This document shows positions 25,701-28,784 of a DNA stretch of 28,784 nt, piece by piece. Where the stretch lies: positions 47,376 through 76,159 of the forward strand of contig CAXIUT010000138.1 of the NCBI GenBank assembly GCA_964035545.1, written 5' to 3'. Within the stretch, counting starts at the first letter, position 1. Every line of letters starts with the position of its first letter. This DNA is from Bugula neritina (lineage: Eukaryota; Animalia; Bryozoa). The notes under the pieces were generated by a model. That model was not told the origin of the DNA and did no database searches. It worked only from the letters and a program-made list of their open reading frames with translations. A program made the position numbers and the translations under genes.

Positions 25701-26680
25701 ATATTCTTATTATTTTTACTACTTTTACTCTTCTTTAGCTTATTATTCAGCTTATTTTACTTATTATTCTGCTTTTACCTCTTACTTAGCTTATTCTGTT
25801 TATTTATTGATATTTTCTTATTATTTTTACTACTTTTACTCTTCTTTAGCTTATTATTCAGCTTATTATACTTATTATTCTGCTTTTACCTCTTACTTAG
25901 CTTATTCTGTTTATTTATTGATATTTTCTTATTATTTTTACTACTTTTACTCTTCTTTAACTTACTTTTCAGTCTTTTAATATTATTATTTTATATTTTC
26001 CTGCTATGTAAATTATTATTCAACTTATTACTTTTCTTCTTTTTTATTCTTCATTTATTTTTACAATTATACTATATATTATCCTCCGTTTTCTTTTTAA
26101 GTTTCATTTTAATTATTTATTTGAACTTATTTTTATTCTATTTATTTTTATTTCTTTTCTATTTATTAAATTGTTTCTTTTTTAATTTCTTCTTATTATT
26201 TTAATTTCTATTCTTTATCTTCGACAGTCGACCGATTATAGATTATATAATATCATTATTTTAATCTTCATCTTCTACATTTACACTACTTCTCATTAAA
26301 TCTTCAACTCTTACACTTTAGAAAATAGGAATCTCTTCACTAATCTGATGATTTTCTCCATCATTTTCATTCTGATAAGTTCCCAATAATGATACATCTG
26401 ATTGTAGAACATTCTTCTAATTGCCTTATTCTTTCTTAGAAAATGCATTTTAGTCATTATTTGTAGTTTATTCTTCTTTTTTATCATTTTCTTTTTCATT
26501 ATTAATCTTTTACAATTGTTGATTATTGTCCATATTAATTTTATTTCCAAACTAAGGCTATTCAGTCAAAGATCCAATATCATAAGAATTTCTCCCAGAT
26601 AAGATACTGTTTCTTCTATCATCAATACTATCATCATCGTCATCATAGACAGCTTGGCCATTCTCTTAGTCACTATCCAT
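22713..26680 (-). CDS. Very large Glu/Lys-rich low-complexity protein, 3'-truncated at the internal telomere
   Basis: ATG26680 (MDSDEENGQAVYDDDDD), >1300 codons dominated by TAA/TAG/GAA, with three apparent 1-nt slips (~26240, ~25260, ~25140). No stop before the telomere tract. Confidence 0.7.
25704..25959 (-). repeat. Coding tandem repeat, 111-bp unit (37 aa), ~2.3 copies
   Basis: TTCTTATTATTTTTACTAC recurs at 25704, 25815 and 25926. The unit encodes AKEEEKEEKEEENINKETEEAKEEVKAEEEV(E/K)EAEEE. Confidence 0.9.
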
Positions 26681-26740
26681 ATATCAATTAATTCTGATCT
26701 AAATCCAAATCATAGAATAAATAAGTTTAATAATATATTA

Positions 26741-28582
26741 TCAACTTTTACCAACTTTAGTTGGACTTTTTAATAATTAAATAGCTTTCTTCGATTTTAT
26801 CAAAATATCCTGAACTCTTTCTCTCATCTTTTTATTTCTTGTCTATTTCTACTTCCTTCTTTTGACATTTGATAAATCTTTTGAATATTCTGAAAGATGA
26901 ATTGAATTAGTTTAGATCTTGTTTTAAAAATTTTACATCGATAACATCTTTTTCAATTTATATTCATTATTATCTTTTGGCTCTCTATCAGTTTTACCCT
27001 GAACTGCTTCTTGAACATTCTCATTAAAAAATGATCTTTTAGTACTATTATTGTCTTTAACCTCAAAAACTTATGGATATTTTTATTTATTTTTCTGTAT
27101 TATTTTTTTAAACATAACATTACCAGCAGACTAATGATTCCAACTAGCTTTATCTTTACTATTCTACTCTATCAAATGTCTCGGTAATGCTGTCCTTCGC
27201 ATATGCCCCTATGGTTTAAATGAAGGCATTTGAAGCTAATCTCCTAGTTCTTGAACATATGTATCAACAGATTAAAGATCTTATTCACTTGTCATTTAGG
27301 GAGGATATGTGTTCATGTGATGAAGAATAGGTTTACTTTTAGACGATTGATTTTTATAGTTATATTTATCGAAAATAACTTAAAATTATTCTTATTTATT
27401 TGTTTTAGTTTATGTATAAAATGGTTATTTTTCATATACTTATTTTTAAATTTTATTATTATTAGAAGCCTTCTTTTTCCCAAAAGTTTATTTAATCTAG
27501 CTTATTTTCTGATTTAATTAATTAAGTTGAGTCCATATCTTATTTTATTTCTTTTTTTACTTATCCATCAACTCCATAGACTTATGCTTCTTCAACTAAA
27601 GTATCTTCTATCTCTATTCTCTAATTTTACTTTATTTCTATCTCATTTGCTACATTTCGAATCTCACCTATTTCTTAGATTATTTCTTTATCTATGACCT
27701 ATAGACATTTCTCTCTTATAAATTGTTACTTCCACGACTGAGGACTCCACTTTTCTCTTTTTATTTTCTTTTTCTCTATATCAATGCCCCACCACTTCCT
27801 CTTTCATAATTTTTACCTTATTCTTTTTACTATTCCATTTTTTACAATAGATTTTGCATGTAGTTAACTTGAGGTAATTTAACTGTTTTTTTAATATCAA
27901 TTCCCTCTTATTAACTAGTAACTCTTTAATTTTTTCTATTTTTTTTATCTATTTTAATTTTCATCTTTTAATTATTAACATCCTCTCTTATCAACAGATG
28001 ACTTTACCAATAACTAACAATAATATTGGTCGAATTTAACATATTTTTTTATTGTTTTTTAGTTACTTTAATCTCCTAAACCACGTTTCTTGGTGGCACA
28101 AAGATTCTAAATTACCCATTCGGAGTAAATCCACAATTAGATAACTATAATTAGTAATAAACGCCTATTTCTATCAGATCACTCACCACCTCTCTAAGTA
28201 TTTTTTATAATTTTGATAGTGAAAGATTGATCTTTATTGATGTTTCTTTAATATATTCCATTGAAAAAGGTACTGCTTAATAATAAAGTAGCAATTTATT
28301 GTTATTTTTATGTAAATTATGGATCTATTATTGTCTTATTTGCTTTACTTTTATAGTCCAATTGCTCTTATTAAGCATACTCAACCTTCTGTTCCATTCC
28401 TATGCCTACTTTCTATTCACATCGACCGTTGTTTTAAAACTACGATATTTCTCACATATTTTAGGATCATTCGGAAACAAATAAATAGAATTATTGAAGG
28501 TGTAATCATTACTACGCTATGACCCAGCAGTTCTAGTCCGACGAGATGCTCTCTACATAGTAAAATTGAAGTTTTACATCAT
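26741..28582 (-). CDS. Hypothetical protein (613 aa): N-terminal pseudokinase-like segment plus coiled coil
   Basis: Uninterrupted frame from ATG28582 to TGA 26741-26743. KLLLYYEAVPFSM and ELSNCGFTPNGEFRIF resemble the kinase hinge and subdomains VIb-VII without HRD/DFG. Confidence 0.7.
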
Positions 28583-28627
28583 TGCTTAAATATCAACTAA
28601 TTATATTTATTATCTTAAAGTCATATT

Positions 28628-28687
28628 ATATTCATTCACTATTCAATCATATTCATTCACTATTCAATTATAGTAATTCACTATTCA
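28628..28687. repeat. Subtelomeric short direct repeat (core TTCACTATTCA x3)
   Basis: ATATTCATTCACTATTCAAT occurs twice with a 21-bp period, plus a third ATTCACTATTCA ending 3 bp before the telomere. Confidence 0.8.
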
Positions 28688-28690
28688 TAT

Positions 28691-28784
28691 GGGGTTGGGG
28701 TTGGGGTTGGGGTTGGGGTTGGGGTTGGGGTTGGGGTTGGGGTTGGGGTTGGGGTTGGGGTTGGGGTTGGGGGTTGGGGTTGGG
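28691..28784. repeat. Right telomere, (GGGGTT)n
   Basis: 94 bp of repeat to the end of the window, with one G5 variant. Confidence 0.98.

Noticed and set aside
25704-25959. CRISPR-like array or mobile element
   Set aside because: These are contiguous in-frame coding repeats with no unique spacers, terminal repeats or transposase.

Overview
AT-rich eukaryotic DNA from a ciliate macronucleus. It carries (CCCCAA)n/(GGGGTT)n telomeres and uses a code in which TAA and TAG both encode Glu and only TGA stops (NCBI table 30, peritrich type). The supplied ORF track is therefore mostly fragments or shadow ORFs. Positions 1-22712 form an apparently complete telomere-to-telomere ~22.7 kb chromosome with ~13 tightly packed genes. 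In order these are: a hypothetical ORF, an alpha/beta-hydrolase, a PDK1/AGC-like kinase, a polo-like kinase, a MORN protein, a degenerate RavA/MoxR-like AAA protein, a CLPTM1-like protein, a 5'-nucleotidase, an intron-riddled LRR-like protein, a coiled-coil protein, a PAS-like multipass membrane protein, a hypothetical protein and an NCBP3-like protein. Fused directly onto its right telomere is a 6 kb right-hand piece of another chromosome (a truncated Glu-rich gene, a pseudokinase-like gene, a telomere); this join may be a chimera. The most striking signal is the splicing architecture. Introns are only 20-23 nt. One gene has six consecutive GT-AG units separated by 1-, 3-, 5-, 1- and 8-nt exons. 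A kinase has two abutting 20-nt introns with a zero-length exon. Near-identical 20-nt introns occur in unrelated genes. Several single-base frame slips in A/T homopolymers look like long-read errors. All calls are by manual translation; no database searches were run.
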